Shown piece by piece: positions 25,590-38,894 of a stretch of DNA of 64,000 nt. This DNA comes from Octopus vulgaris. Its lineage: Eukaryota. A model generated the notes under the pieces. It had not been told where the DNA came from. It was given only the letters and a program-made list of their open reading frames with translations, and made no database searches. Both the position numbers and the translations under genes were made by a program. Within the stretch, counting starts at the first letter, position 1; every line of letters begins with the position of its first letter. The stretch is taken from contig OX597836.1 of NCBI GenBank assembly GCA_951406725.2, positions 12,400,001 through 12,464,000 on the forward strand, written 5' to 3'.

Positions 25590-25840
25590 TATCATCATCA
25601 CCATTTAACATCCGCTTTCCATGCTGGCATGGGTTGGACAGTTTGACTGGAACTGATAAGCCAGAGAGCTGCACCAGGTTCCAATCTGATTTGGCATGGT
25701 TTTCTATGGCTGGATGCCCTTCCTAATGCCAACCACTCCAAGAGTGTAATGGGTGATTTTCCCATGCCACTAGCATGGGTGGCATTTGCACGACACTGGC
25801 AATGGCCATAACTGCAATTTCACTTGGCTTGATGAGTCTT
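25590..25840 (-). mobile_element. Family C / RTE 3'UTR
   Basis: (CAT)n-TTTAACATCCGCTTTCCATGC...GGATGCCCTTCCTAATGCC. Confidence 0.8.
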
Positions 25841-25869
25841 CACACACACACACACACACACATATATAT

Positions 25870-26180
25870 GTGGAGGCACAATGGCCTGGTGGCTAGGGCA
25901 GTGGACTCGCGGTTGGAGGATCACGGTTTCGATTTCCAGACTGGGCGTTGTGTGTGTTTATTGAGCGAAAACACCTAAAAGTTCCACTAGGCTCTGGCAG
26001 GGGGTGGTGGCGACCCCTGTTGTACTCCTTCGCCACAACTTTCTCTCACTCTTTCTTCTTGTTTCTTGAGTAACGCTGCGATGGACTGGCGTCCCATCCA
26101 ACTGGGGGAAACACATACGCCACAGAAACCAGAAAACCGGGCCCATGAACCTGGCTAGGCTTGAAAAGGGCGACGTTTAT
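25870..26180 (+). mobile_element. tRNA-derived SINE (family D)
   Basis: Head homologous to 797; 3' end shared with 15370. Confidence 0.85.
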
Positions 26181-26675
26181 CGTTTTTATGCATATGTATG
26201 TGTGTGTGCATGTATGTCTGTATGTATGTATATGCATATGTATATGTGTGTGTATATGTATGCATGTATGTGTATGCATATGTATATGTATGCATATGTA
26301 TATGTATGCGTATGTATGTGTACGCATATGTATATCTATGTATGTGTGGATGTATATAAGAGTATGTATGTATATGTGTTTATGTATGCATGTATGTATA
26401 TGTATGCGTATGCATATGTATGTGTACGCATATGTATATCTTATGTATGCGTGTATGTATGTAAGAGTGACAAATGAATGATTTTAATAATTAATTACTA
26501 CTTCCCCCCCTCCTTCCCTTTGACACCATTGAATAACTTTAAATGGACTTCAGAGCATCGTTTGCCATACCAAGTGCCAATTACCAGGAGGCTCTTTTAT
26601 TTCTAAGTGAAAGACTGTCTCCAAACTAATGGCTCCAGGCCGATTTAGTGATTAACCTCTGAAACAAGGCACGTG

Positions 26676-26729
<54 letters not shown>

Positions 26730-26866
26730 CGCACACATATGGGTGTGTATGTAGATGGAAACATACATGTCAAAACCCTGAGAATGGATTTGATTGACAG
26801 AAAATGAAAGAACCGTATCTTCTGTGTGTGTGTGTGTGTGTACGTATGTCTATGCATATGTATATA

Positions 26867-26929
<63 letters not shown>

Positions 26930-27857
26930 GTATGTATGTATGTATATGTGTGTGTATGCATTCATGTGTGTATGTGTATATATTTGTAGATATGTTTGTG
27001 TATATATGTGTATGTTTATATATGCGTATATATATGTGTATGTGTATATATGTATATATTTACACACATACATATATGCATATATATGTAAATACACATA
27101 CACACTATTTTGTATGCAGAGATCTTTATCTCCCATTTCTAAAACCAAATACACTCTCTCTTTCACACACACACATATTGATGGATGATATCAGCTAATG
27201 TTACATACTAGATACAATAATGATTATTTTAGTTAATCCTTTTTTTTTGTTTTTTGTCTTCAAATTCCATGTTGAATAAATACTAATGAAATGAATACAA
27301 AATTTTCAGAATAAAAATATTCATTAAATCATATTTAAATCAATGCATATTTCTTTTAGCATGTTTGCTATAGCTATATGTTATCAATAACAATGCTAAT
27401 GTTTAACTATTAACATCTGTAATATCATCTGCCCCTGTTATATGACAAGTATCGTTCTAATTAATTACATTACAATACTGAATTTCAACAAGATTGATGG
27501 AGGAAATTAGGTGACATTTGGAGGTCTTTGAAAATAAAAATATGGTTATTGCCCTGTGAATTCATGTTAGGAAAAGCTCGTTTTGTAACCAATTGCTGAT
27601 GATTAATATAAAATACTTGAATGAATGAATGAATGAATGCAGGTGTCATTGTTAATGTGTGTTTCTTGGAATCAAATGTCACTGAACTAAATTCAGGCAA
27701 TTCTAAGCCATCTAGAGAACTTCAGCATGCTAGAAATAACACCCTACTGTCTGTCATTACAACAAAATATTGGACATATTAGAGTATGAAGTTAGTCCTG
27801 GATATACCAAAATTGTAGACAGTGATTGGGTGTGTATGTGTTTAGGTGTATATATAT

Positions 27858-28130
27858 GTGGAGGCACATGGCCTAGTGGTTAGAGCAGCAGACTCGGAGT
27901 CGAGATATCGTGGGTTCAAATCTCAGACCGGGCGAAGTGTGTGTTTATGAGTGAAACACCTAAGCTCCACGAGTCTCCGACAGAAGGTAATGGCGAACTT
28001 CTGCTGACTCGTTCGCCACAACTTTCTTTCACTCTTTCCTCCTGCATCTAGCAGCTCACCTGTGACGGACCGACGCCCTGTCCAGTGGGGAACCTATACG
28101 CCAAGGAAACCGAGAAACCGGCCCAAACAA
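27858..28130 (+). mobile_element. tRNA-derived SINE (family D-related)
   Basis: TGGCCTAGTGGTTAG A box, GGTTCAAATC B box. Confidence 0.85.
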
Positions 28131-28319
28131 ACAACATATATGTATATACACACACACACATAAACATCATCTCATTTTATATCATCAGTACCATCGTTTG
28201 ACATCCTTTTTCCAGGTCACTGGAGATAGCGAGCCATTCGCAGTTCCATCATTGCAGACCAACCACCTGCGGACCTGAGAGCTCGGAGAGGTCCTCCTTT
28301 ATCGTTGTTGCCCAGGTCT

Positions 28320-28570
28320 TCAGCTGCCTGGGTGCCAATCAGGTGGTACTGTCATTGGCCACGACAGTGATTTCACTTACCTCAACAGGTCTTTGCAAGC
28401 ATAGTTTATCATCCATTGATTGACGGACACTCTTAAATAGGCTGGTTATACAGCACTAGCATAGGCCACGGTTACGGTCTCACTTGGCTTGCCGGGTCTT
28501 CTCAAGCACAGCATATCTCTAGAGGTCTCGGTCACTTCTCATTTGCTCGGTGAGGCCCAATGTTCGAAGC
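28320..28570 (-). mobile_element. RTE LINE 3' fragment
   Basis: CTCAAGCACAGCATAT...GGTCACT...GAGGCCCAATGTTC is the reverse complement of the 12080-12170 type sequence. Confidence 0.7.
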
Positions 28571-28714
28571 CATGAATTTTGCAAATCATGCTTGTAATAT
28601 CCTATAGATGGGGAATACAACAACTAAAGCATGAGATTTGTGTAAACATTTCCTCAAATCCCTCCTTTTTCTTTCACTTCTATGGTTATGCAACCTTTTT
28701 TGTTTTTGTTTTTT

Positions 28715-28972
28715 ATGCCTCGCCTGGCCCCCGTGCCGGTGGCACGTAAAAAGCACCATCCGTCCATGGCCGTTTGCCAGCTCCGTCTGGCACCTGTGCA
28801 GGTGGCACGTAAAAAGCACCCACTACACTCACGGAGTGGTTCGCATTAGGAAGGGCATCCAGCCGTAGAAACACTGCCAGATCAGACTGGAGCCTGGTGC
28901 AGCCTTCTGGCTTCACAGACCTCAGTTGAACCGTCCAACCCATGCTAGCATGGAAAGCGGATGCTAAACGAT
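28715..28972 (+). mobile_element. Family C element
   Basis: Two 60-bp subunits plus tail. Confidence 0.85.
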
Positions 28973-29124
28973 ATGTAGAAAGTCATCAAAGGATTTATGA
29001 ATTTCCATCCAAAGTTCCCATTATTACTATATTTATTGTTGGTAAAACATAAATCCGGAAAAGAAACACACTCTAAGTTATAGAGCCGTATATTATATAG
29101 ATAAAGTTAGATAAGGCTGGTTTA

Positions 29125-29187
29125 TGGGATTACCCTGGGTTTCTCGTCACTAAAGCACTTACCTTTATAGCGTATCGTCAGATCTCA
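29125..29187 (-). ncRNA. Type I hammerhead ribozyme-like motif
   Basis: Minus strand TGAGAT-CTGACGA-[imperfect stem II with TAAAG/CTTTA]-GAAACCCAGGGTA-ATCCCA: intact core, GUA triplet, stem I 5 of 6 bp. Confidence 0.55.
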
Positions 29188-29759
29188 AACCTGTTGGCCT
29201 ATGGCCTCTCTTGCAATATATGTATACACACACACACAGATCTATACATACACACACATGATATGTGACTGATCCTTTTTAAATTTATGGGTGTATTATT
29301 GGCTCCAGCAGCTACGGAGTTTCCTGTGTGGGAGGCATGGATATTTAAACTGGATCTGTCAAACTATGTGGCAGTATCTTACATATTCTGAGGAATCATA
29401 AAAAAAAAAAAACAGGACAAGGTGTTGGAGTTGGGGTTAAATTAATAAGCACAAAATACCTGTTTATTTCACTGTATACTTCTTTTGATTTATTTTGTGG
29501 GGTTTTTTTTGGGGGGGGGTTTTGGGGTTTTTTTTTTATATCTGATACTCAGGAAGATATTTGAAATTGCGAGAGTTAGAAAAAAAAGGGATTGTTGTAT
29601 GAAATAGAATGCAAACAAGAGAGGAAAAGATATAACAGGTAAATAATAGGGAAATAGAGGGATGGATAGATGGATAAGTAGATAGATTGATTGGTGGGCA
29701 GGCAGGTAGGCAGGAAGGTAGATAGTTGGGTGGATTAGCATGGTGGGTGGATGAATAGA

Positions 29760-29885
29760 TGGATAAATAGATAGATAGATACATACATACTTAAATGGAT
29801 GGATAGATAGATACATAGATAAATGGATAGAGATAGATAGGTAGAGAGATAGATAGATAGATAGGTAGAGAGATAGATAGATAGG

Positions 29886-29923
<38 letters not shown>

Positions 29924-29938
29924 TAGAGATAGATATAG

Positions 29939-29969
<31 letters not shown>

Positions 29970-30130
29970 CAGGTAGGTAGGTAGGTAGATAGATAGATAG
30001 ATAAATAGATAGATAGATAGATAAATGGATAAATGGATGGATAGGTAGATAGATACATAGATGAATTGATTGATAGATAGATTAGATAGACAGACAAGAT
30101 AGATTGATAGAGCGATACATGTATAGATAC
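29760..30130. repeat. (GATA)n/(GGTA)n microsatellite
   Basis: Direct reading. Confidence 0.9.
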
Positions 30131-30409
30131 AGGGAAGTGAGTAGAATTAATAAGATGGATATGTTGGTAGACATCTAGGAACATTGATAGATAGGTAGTT
30201 ATGTAGAGATTGGTTGAGTGAGAATATCCCATTATTTTACTAATAATGACTAATTTGGTGACTACACTAACCAGAATATGTTCACCTAATGGGATTATTC
30301 CATTTTCTTTTTTGTATGTTGTTGTAGCTGGGTTTTGTTTACTGTTTTTGTTATTTTGTTTTAGAAAAAATGGCTGATGTGCACTGAAAGCACTTCTTCT
30401 TTCTCATAA

Positions 30410-30421
30410 TATATATAAATA

Positions 30422-30460
<39 letters not shown>

Positions 30461-30529
30461 TATAGATATATATGTATGTATATATATAGATATATATGTA
30501 TGTGTATATATATAGATATATATATATAT

Positions 30530-30606
<77 letters not shown>

Positions 30607-30694
30607 GTATGTATATATATATATATAGAGATATAGATATATATGTATGTATATAGATATATAGATATATGTATGTATGTATGTATGTATATAG

Positions 30695-30726
<32 letters not shown>

Positions 30727-30853
30727 GTATGTATATAGATATATATATATATGTATGTATGTATATATATATATAGTTAGATATATATATATGTATGTAT
30801 ATATATTGATATAGATATATATGTATGTATATATATAGATATAGATTTATTTA

Positions 30854-30884
<31 letters not shown>

Positions 30885-30885
30885 C
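30410..30885. repeat. (TA)n compound microsatellite
   Basis: Direct reading. Confidence 0.9.
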
Positions 30886-31084
30886 GGTGTGTGTGTGTTT
30901 GTATCTTTTACACATCAATAATTGTTCACCGTAAACAAGATGTAAAGCAAGACAAACCAAAGAAAGAGACAGTAAAGGAAGAGGAGGAGGAGGAGGAGTG
31001 AGAGAGAATGTGTGTGTGTGTGTGGAGAGGAAGGTGAAAGAGAGTAGGTGTGACAGAGGTAGCGAAGGCCAGAGAATGGTGATT

Positions 31085-31127
<43 letters not shown>

Positions 31128-31262
31128 CAATAATGGTAGATGTCAAAGAGGATCTTTCCACGATGTAAACTCTGAAAGGTTTTCCCAGAAGAGAACAGCA
31201 GTGATGGAGTTTGATATTATTAATTCTGATGTTGACAGCAATTCTGAACATAGATAATGAGC

Positions 31263-31630
<368 letters not shown>

Positions 31631-31846
31631 AGTTTGCTTTTCTAGGTGTTTTTGTTTTTTCCGATTTCACTGAGAGCTGTCCATCCATCCATCCATCACA
31701 TAACCCTCCTCTCCATCTCCATCTCACCCTAACTCTCCACTCTTTCTTTCCTTCTTTCTCTCTGTCTCTTTCTCTAGCTATCCATCCATCCATCTATCTG
31801 TCTATATAACCATCCATCTCTCTCTATCCATCCATCCATATTTTTT

Positions 31847-31882
<36 letters not shown>

Positions 31883-31935
31883 CTCTATCTCCGTTGCCCG
31901 CTCCGGGATCTTTCTTTCCTCTCTCTTCCTTCTTT

Positions 31936-31972
31936 ATGTTTCCGACGAAGAGCTCCGCTCGAAACGTCATAC
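31936..31972 (+). ncRNA. Minimal hammerhead motif (core variant CCGACGA) within a dispersed repeat at 31893-32060
   Basis: ATGTTT-CCGACGA-A-GAGC-TCC-GCTC-GAAAC-GTC-ATAC; paralog at 47638. Confidence 0.55.
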
Positions 31973-32057
31973 CTCCCTGCTTCCATTTCCTGAGCGCCAT
32001 TAATAATAATACTGTAATTGTTCCATTGTTGTTGTTTTTTTGTTTCCCGTTTGGATT

Positions 32058-32100
<43 letters not shown>

Positions 32101-33129
32101 CTATCTACCTGCCTTTCTATGTATCTCTTTATCCACCTGTCCGTCTGTCTGTTCAGCTATCTATCTATCTATCTTACCATCCATCTAGCTGACCATCCAT
32201 CCATCTACCTATTCTGTTGAAATTCCCTCCCACTACCCCTATCTCAGTCCTTTTACTTTATCTATCTCGCTTGGCTTCCATCAAATCCTTCTCCCACTAA
32301 AACAATATCCCTCCGTCTCGTCTCTCTCTCCCTTTCTCCCTCCCTCTCTCACTCCCACCACCTCAATGCCATGTGATGCGTTACTCCATTATATAGATCC
32401 CATTTTGTTTCTCCCTCTCTCTCTCCCTTTCTTTCTCTCCCTCTCTCTCTCCCTTTCTTTCTCTCCCTCCCCCTATCTCTCTTTCTTTCTCTCCCTCTCC
32501 TCTCTCTCTTTCTCTCCCTCCTCCTCTCTCTCTTTCTCTCCTTCCCCCTCTCTCTCTTTCTCTCTCTTTTCCTCTTATCAAAGCCCTACCCTCCACCCAT
32601 CGTCTGACTTGTGAGATGTTCCTCCATCATCTTTCCCTCTATGTCATCTTTCTGTCTGTGTGTGTATGTGTATATATATATATTCATACACACACATATA
32701 TATACACATATATATACACATATGTATGCACACACACACACACACACACACATGTATGTGTGTATCCATCATAGTCCTCCCCACCAGCAACTCCACCGTT
32801 TCTGGTGTCTAAAAGGTTATTTCTTTGTTAAGCTGTTGACTTGAATCCTCCATATTCTAAACCATAAACTTTCCTGGTTTAAAAACAGGAACAACAACAA
32901 CATCATGTTTCCTAAAACCGCCATTAACCTGGCTTTTCTCTCCTTTCTCTCGTCCTCTCCTTTTCTCTTTCCTTTCCTGTGTGTGTGTATACCTGTATGT
33001 ATATGAGATAGATAACCGAGTTCACTTAACACTGAGTGCTTAATAGATATCTACCTGGATTTATTAATCTCTTTTATCTTTTGTTATGTGTGTGTGTGTG
33101 TATGTGTGTGTATATATATATATATATAT

Positions 33130-33450
33130 ATGATGAAGATGATGATCATGATGATGATCATGATGGACTCTCTTGTGATGAACAATAAATGAGGCTTTTG
33201 TAAAATAAAGTGGAAATCATGTTCTGTGGACACGAATGTGTCTCTTGAGGGCTGCTGGTGGTGCCTTGAAAACCTTTTGGCAAAGGGAACAAATTGAGGA
33301 CTCAGTTTGCTTGAGTGATTGTGGTTCATTTATTATGTGATTTCTTGAGTGGATGGCAAGGCCTGCTTTGCTTCTAGCCACAAAACCACAGTGATGGGTA
33401 AAGTTACCATTTAGAGCAAGAGTGGGGGAACCCTCTGTCCGTGGGCTCAA
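33130..33450 (-). mobile_element. LINE 3' end (probably RTE-like) with C-terminal C2H2 zinc-finger motifs
   Basis: CGFVARSKAGLAIHSRNH and CSLCQKVFKAPPAALKRHIRVH, then stop, short 3'UTR and (CAT)n tail. Confidence 0.7.
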
Positions 33451-33468
33451 TTGCGCCTGCAGGCTGGT

Positions 33469-34310
33469 ATACCATAAATCCTCGAGTATAGTCCGCAGGG
33501 GATTTTTAGGGGGCTGTACCTCTGAAAAACCTAAACCTTGTGTATAATACGCACCCCTTCGCTAACTTGAGTGAAGGTGGTCTATATAACGTGCTCGGTT
33601 TGTAAAACTGTATACGGTGAAAACGGTTATTATTATTGTATATATAACATAATGCAAACGTGTATACGCTGGGATTTTTAGGGGGCTGTACCTCTGAAAA
33701 ACCTAAACCTTGTGTATAATACGCACCCCTTCGCTAACTTGAGTGAAGGTGGTCTATATAACGTGCTCGGTTTGTAAAACTGTATACGGTGAAAACGGTT
33801 ATTATTATTGTATATATAACATAATGCAAACGTGTATACGCTGGGATTTTTAGGGGGCTGTACCTCTGAAAAACCTAAACCTTGTGTATAATACGCACCC
33901 CTTCGCTAACTTGAGTGAAGGTGGTCTATATAACGTGCTCGGTTTGTAAAACTGTATACGGTGAAAACGGTTATTATTATTGTATATATAACATAATGCA
34001 AACGTGTGGCTTTTTTGTGCATTTTGTTTGCAGAAAATAAACAAATAACAGTAATAACGTTTAATAAATGTTGCTTACTGCAAGTTATGGATGATTCTTT
34101 TATGACTTCATTGCTTTCAGGCTTAGCTTAAGGTATTTTCGCACCCAACATCACAAAATTTGTCTGGATAAACATTGCCGGACAGCAAATAGAGACTCAG
34201 ACATTGCCTAGAAAATAACTTTCATTTTTAACCTTGTATAAAGTACGCACTAGGGATTTTGGCCTTTAAATTTTGGGGGGGAAAATGCGGATTATACTCG
34301 AGGATTTATC
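33469..34310. mobile_element. pogo/Tc-mariner-like MITE with an internal 172-bp triplication
   Basis: TIRs ATAAATCCTCGAGTATAGTCCGCA and TGCGGATTATACTCGAGGATTTAT; units start at 33499, 33671, 33843. Confidence 0.8.
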
Positions 34311-35139
34311 TGGAATTAGTTGGAGATTTTCACTCAGGAACCTTTTGCATTTTATGAGATCTTTTCTTCTGTTGTATGTCTTGGCATGATGTTAAAAAGA
34401 ACTGATCTAGTTGAGGTGAACTAGTTCTGTCTTAGTGCTGTGATGTGATGTGAGAATGATTTTTGTAGCGAGCAGATGGTTCAGGGATCAAGCCTTACTA
34501 AGGTTGCTCCCTAGATACACAAACTTCACTGTAGTAGTTGATAGTAAATATGAAATTTCTGAATTTCTGTGGCAACATAAAAATTTTACAGAACAATGTT
34601 ATTTCTCTCTGACAATTTCGAAATGTCACAGAAACTGCCATTCCATATCTAAATAAGTGTGTGTGTGTGTATGTGTCTGTGTCTGTGTGTCGCTGCATGT
34701 TTTGTGTATATGTATATTGTTATGGATGTCTACGAGTGGGTGTGTATCAAATTTTATTGCATAATTTTATAATACCAAATGCAAATAGCACTTTGTTTAT
34801 TTGAATTTCAGCAGGGTACCCCCACCACACACATATACATTTGCAGAGTATATAAAAGTATTAGATTAAACTTAATAGTTTCAACCATATTGTCTTCTGC
34901 TTCACTCAGGAAGTTCTTTCTGCCAATAATGTACATGAACAGAGCTGTTGGAGTTGAGAAGTTTGCTTTCCAACTACATGGCTTCAGGTTCAATCCCACT
35001 GCACAGCACCTTGGGACCGTGTCTTCTACTATAACAGCAGGTCAGCCAAAACCTTGTTAGTGGAGTTGGTGAGATAGAAACTTAAAGAAGCCCATTGTAT
35101 ATATGTGTACATGTGTGTGTATATATGTGTATATATTTA

Positions 35140-35188
<49 letters not shown>

Positions 35189-35328
35189 ATATATATGTGT
35201 GTGTGTGTGTATGAATATATATATATATATAAGTATGCATGTATGTGTATCTATATGTGTCAGTGTGTGTTTATATACATATATATATGTATAATTATAT
35301 ATCTGTGTGTGTATATATATGTATTAGA

Positions 35329-35384
<56 letters not shown>

Positions 35385-35619
35385 ATATTTGTATGTGTGT
35401 ATATATGTGTGTGTGTGTTGTTTGGGAATAGGTGAGTGTTGATGACAGGAAAAGCATCAGGCCCTACAAAATCTGCCTCAACACATTTCATCCAACCCAT
35501 GCAGGCATGGAAAAGTGGTCATCAAGATGATGATGGTGATGACTATACGTGAGAATCAGTATTAGATTGAGAGGATGTGGCAAAGTCTGGAAAGAAATCA
35601 AGCAAGCATGATTCACTTG

Positions 35620-35830
35620 ATGTGTTGTGTTAGTGTTCATGTACGATGAGGCACAGATTAGCTGAGAGACAAACTGGGTATAAGAGCAATCGGTTATAGT
35701 ATATAAGAGAGACTGTATGGATATATAAGGTATATGAATGATGGAAGGTAAATAAAGAAGTTCCAGGAGATCCTTGTGGAAGAAACTAACAGAAAAGGAA
35801 AACTGAGGAAGATGTTGAATAATGTAGGCA
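35620..35830 (+). mobile_element. Highly degenerate RTE ORF2 fragment
   Basis: LRDKLGIRAI...ERLYGY...KKFQEILVEETNRKGKLRK resembles 11910-12070. Confidence 0.55.
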
Positions 35831-35929
35831 TGGCTACCTTGGTGTACATTTGGCTGGGTGTGTTAATTTGGATAAAATAGCTGGTCTAGTTAGGTATTTA
35901 GCAGTAAAACAGTTGCTGCTATAAATTGG

Positions 35930-36620
35930 GTTGTCTCTGCTTTTAAGGAGGTGTTTGTTCTTGTGTCTACACTTTAGTACTATCTCTTAGTTTCTTTTTG
36001 AGCTTCAGAATAGCAAAAACAGCGGGTTTTTTTCTGCATTTCATGTTGTGATTTAAACTTACAGATCAGCAATCTATTACTGTATACCTATTACTGTGTA
36101 GTTAATTTTCTTCTCCCTCAAGCTCCAGGTATACTTAGAGAACATTGTACTTCTTTGGTTTCTGTTTCACGAGCAGATATATTTATCGATACACAGTACT
36201 TTGATTCTGTATGTTATATTAGTGCCTTTGTCAGATATTTACATGATCGTCAGCTAGAGAGAGAGTATTATGTTACTGTTGCTGCCTGCATTCTGGTGTT
36301 ATACGACACCAATAGCTCCAAGCTATCAACTAACAATGATATCAATATGAGTAGAACCATCACTAACTTTTACAAACTTTTCATTAAACAGTTTGCAGTG
36401 TATATATATGGTTGTATGAAAAAATACTTTCAGATGAACTCTAGACAACTATATGGTTCTTTGACGACGTTACCATTCAGCTTAAAGGGTGGGTTAAGCC
36501 AAATGATTTTTCTTCGTTTCCTGCTTTTCTCTTATTCATTTCTTGGTCTTCTTGTTGCATATAGTCCAGTGTTTCACTTCCTCCCAGATTTTCTCAGTGC
36601 ATCATTATATTGATACTGCA
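35930..36620 (-). mobile_element. Degenerate Penelope-like element (RT linker to GIY-YIG C-terminus)
   Basis: Minus-strand motifs RKRRKIIWLNPPF, KLFNEKFVKVS, SKYTWSLREKKINY and SKCRHKNKHLL occur in the order typical of PLE ORFs. Confidence 0.75.
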
Positions 36621-36663
36621 AAGCACAGCTGAATGTATTTTAGTATGAAAGATATGTTGATAC

Positions 36664-36709
<46 letters not shown>

Positions 36710-37623
36710 CGTATGTGCTTGTATGTGCTTGTATTTATGTGATATGCTTGTATTTGTGTTTTATGTATTTTGTGTCCGCATGTGGTTTTCCTCTACATCT
36801 ATTGAGTTTTTGGGGGTTTTTTTTGAGATTTCATTGAAAGATGATATTAATAGATCGGGAATTCAGCTTTAGGCATTTTTTAGAAAACATATTCCTATCT
36901 TGAATATTTTACAATTAATTTTTTTTACAGGAATATTAAAGCGATCTTGTAACATAGTTTATTTCATCGACTACATACATTTATATGTATGTATGTATGT
37001 ATGTGTGTATATACGCGTGTGTGTGTGTATGTATGAACATGTGTGCACACACATACACACCTATATTTTTTTTTACTTCTTATTGTCATTTGACTGTGGC
37101 CATGCTGGAGCACCACCTTAAAGTCTTTTTTGTCGAACAATTTGACCGCAGGACTTATTTTTAACCCTTGTACTTATTCCGTTGGTCTCATTCCTGAACC
37201 ACTAAGTTACGGGGACGTAAACACACTAATACCGGTTGACAAGCAGTGATGGGGGAGGGGACAAACACAGACAAAGACATGCTTATCAATGTAAACATTG
37301 GCAGAAACATACCTTTAGTTCATATAAGTGATATCTACCATTCTGTATAATGTGAACATTGATTTTCTTCTTACATTTCACTTCCACTAGATACATCTTT
37401 TTCCAAGGCTTTAGGCTTTTATTTAATTCACATATCATTCTATGTTTCTCATTTGTTTGGTTTCTGATTTTTTTCTTTCCTTTACCCCTCCTCTTTCTAT
37501 AGGCTACCTTTAATGTTATATCCTCTGTTTTTTTTTTTTTTTAAACTTAATAGCATTCAGTTAATCACTATACGTATCCATCATTTTCTGTTAAAATGTC
37601 TTGTTGATGAGTTTTATTTCTTC

Positions 37624-37712
37624 ATTTCCCTGAAGAGAAGATTACATTGTTTTACACCATTTTATTCCTTTGGAATAATACCAATGATGTCTTCGAAACA
37701 TGTGTCAGAAGT
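37624..37712 (+). ncRNA. Type I hammerhead ribozyme motif with a long stem II
   Basis: ATTTCC-CTGAAGA-GAAGA..CATTG/CAATG..TCTTC-GAAAC-ATGT-GTC-AGAAGT: intact core, GUC triplet. Confidence 0.65.
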
Positions 37713-37757
37713 AGAAGAATTTGAATAACACCTGCGTTTAACTCCATTTATATATAT

Positions 37758-37809
<52 letters not shown>

Positions 37810-37824
37810 CAGGCTTCTTTCAGT

Positions 37825-37982
37825 ATAGATTGTTTGGGCTGTCCTGGTTTAGGACTGGGGCTAAATTACAGCAACATTCATCCTAAACCAGGACTGCCAT
37901 GTTATATTGGCAAACAATCTTTACTACAAAGTACTGTTGCTAAATATCTCGTGTTATGAGATTTAGAAATAGTAATTTTCTA
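37825..37982. other. 158-bp fold-back insertion within a family A SINE, with a 14-bp direct repeat
   Basis: AGGCTTCTTTCAGT at 37811-37824 and 37983-37996. Confidence 0.75.
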
Positions 37983-38816
37983 AGGCTTCTTTCAGTTTCC
38001 GTCTACCATATCCACTCACAAGGCTTTGGTCAGCTTGAGGTTTTAGTAGAAAACACTTTAGCCAAGGTCCCACGCAGTGGCACTGAACCCAAAACCCAAA
38101 ACCATGTGGTTGGTAAGCGAGCTCCTTACCACACAGCCACGCCTGCACCTATACATATTTCATCATATCTATAATTCCTGGATTAAAATACCATTCTTGT
38201 CATTTTTTACATTCTGTTTAAATCATAATAAACAATGATAAGCATTTCAAATTGATTTTGTTTTTTCCCTTTATTTAAAAAAAATTTTTCAGAAATTTTA
38301 GTATGCAAATCATTGTACTTGTAAAATGTGAGGAAAAAAAACATAAATAAAATGTAATGAATGGGGTAGTATGCCTGCTTTTCTCTCTCCCTCTCTCGCA
38401 TCCTTGCTCAAAATAAAACCCCATTAAATTTCATCTTTTAATTTTCTCCCAAAAATAACCATCATCATTATCATCATCATCGTCATTTTAATGTCCACTT
38501 GAACAGTTCAGGTGGAGTTTATTCTGGCAGATTTTTCTATGGCTGGCTGCCCTTCGTGTTACCAACCCTCACCTGGTTTCAAGTGAGGCAATATATTTCC
38601 CCTCAGTGGCCGGACAAGTTTTTGCAGAATTATTGGAAATGCATAACACACACTGCTTGTACAACAGAGGCACTCATTTACAACCATCACATTGTGAACA
38701 AGTTAATGATGATGTATATATGTATATATATATATGTATGTATGTATATATTAATTTGTCCATCTATATTTCTGTCTGTTTAACTATCCATTTGTCCATG
38801 TATCTATCTATCTATC

Positions 38817-38894
<78 letters not shown>

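Noticed and set aside
33217-33450. Host C2H2 zinc-finger gene
   Set aside because: No TGEKP linkers, and followed by a (CAT)n retroelement-type tail
36155-36613. 152-aa plus-strand ORF
   Set aside because: Antisense shadow of the degenerate Penelope-like ORF
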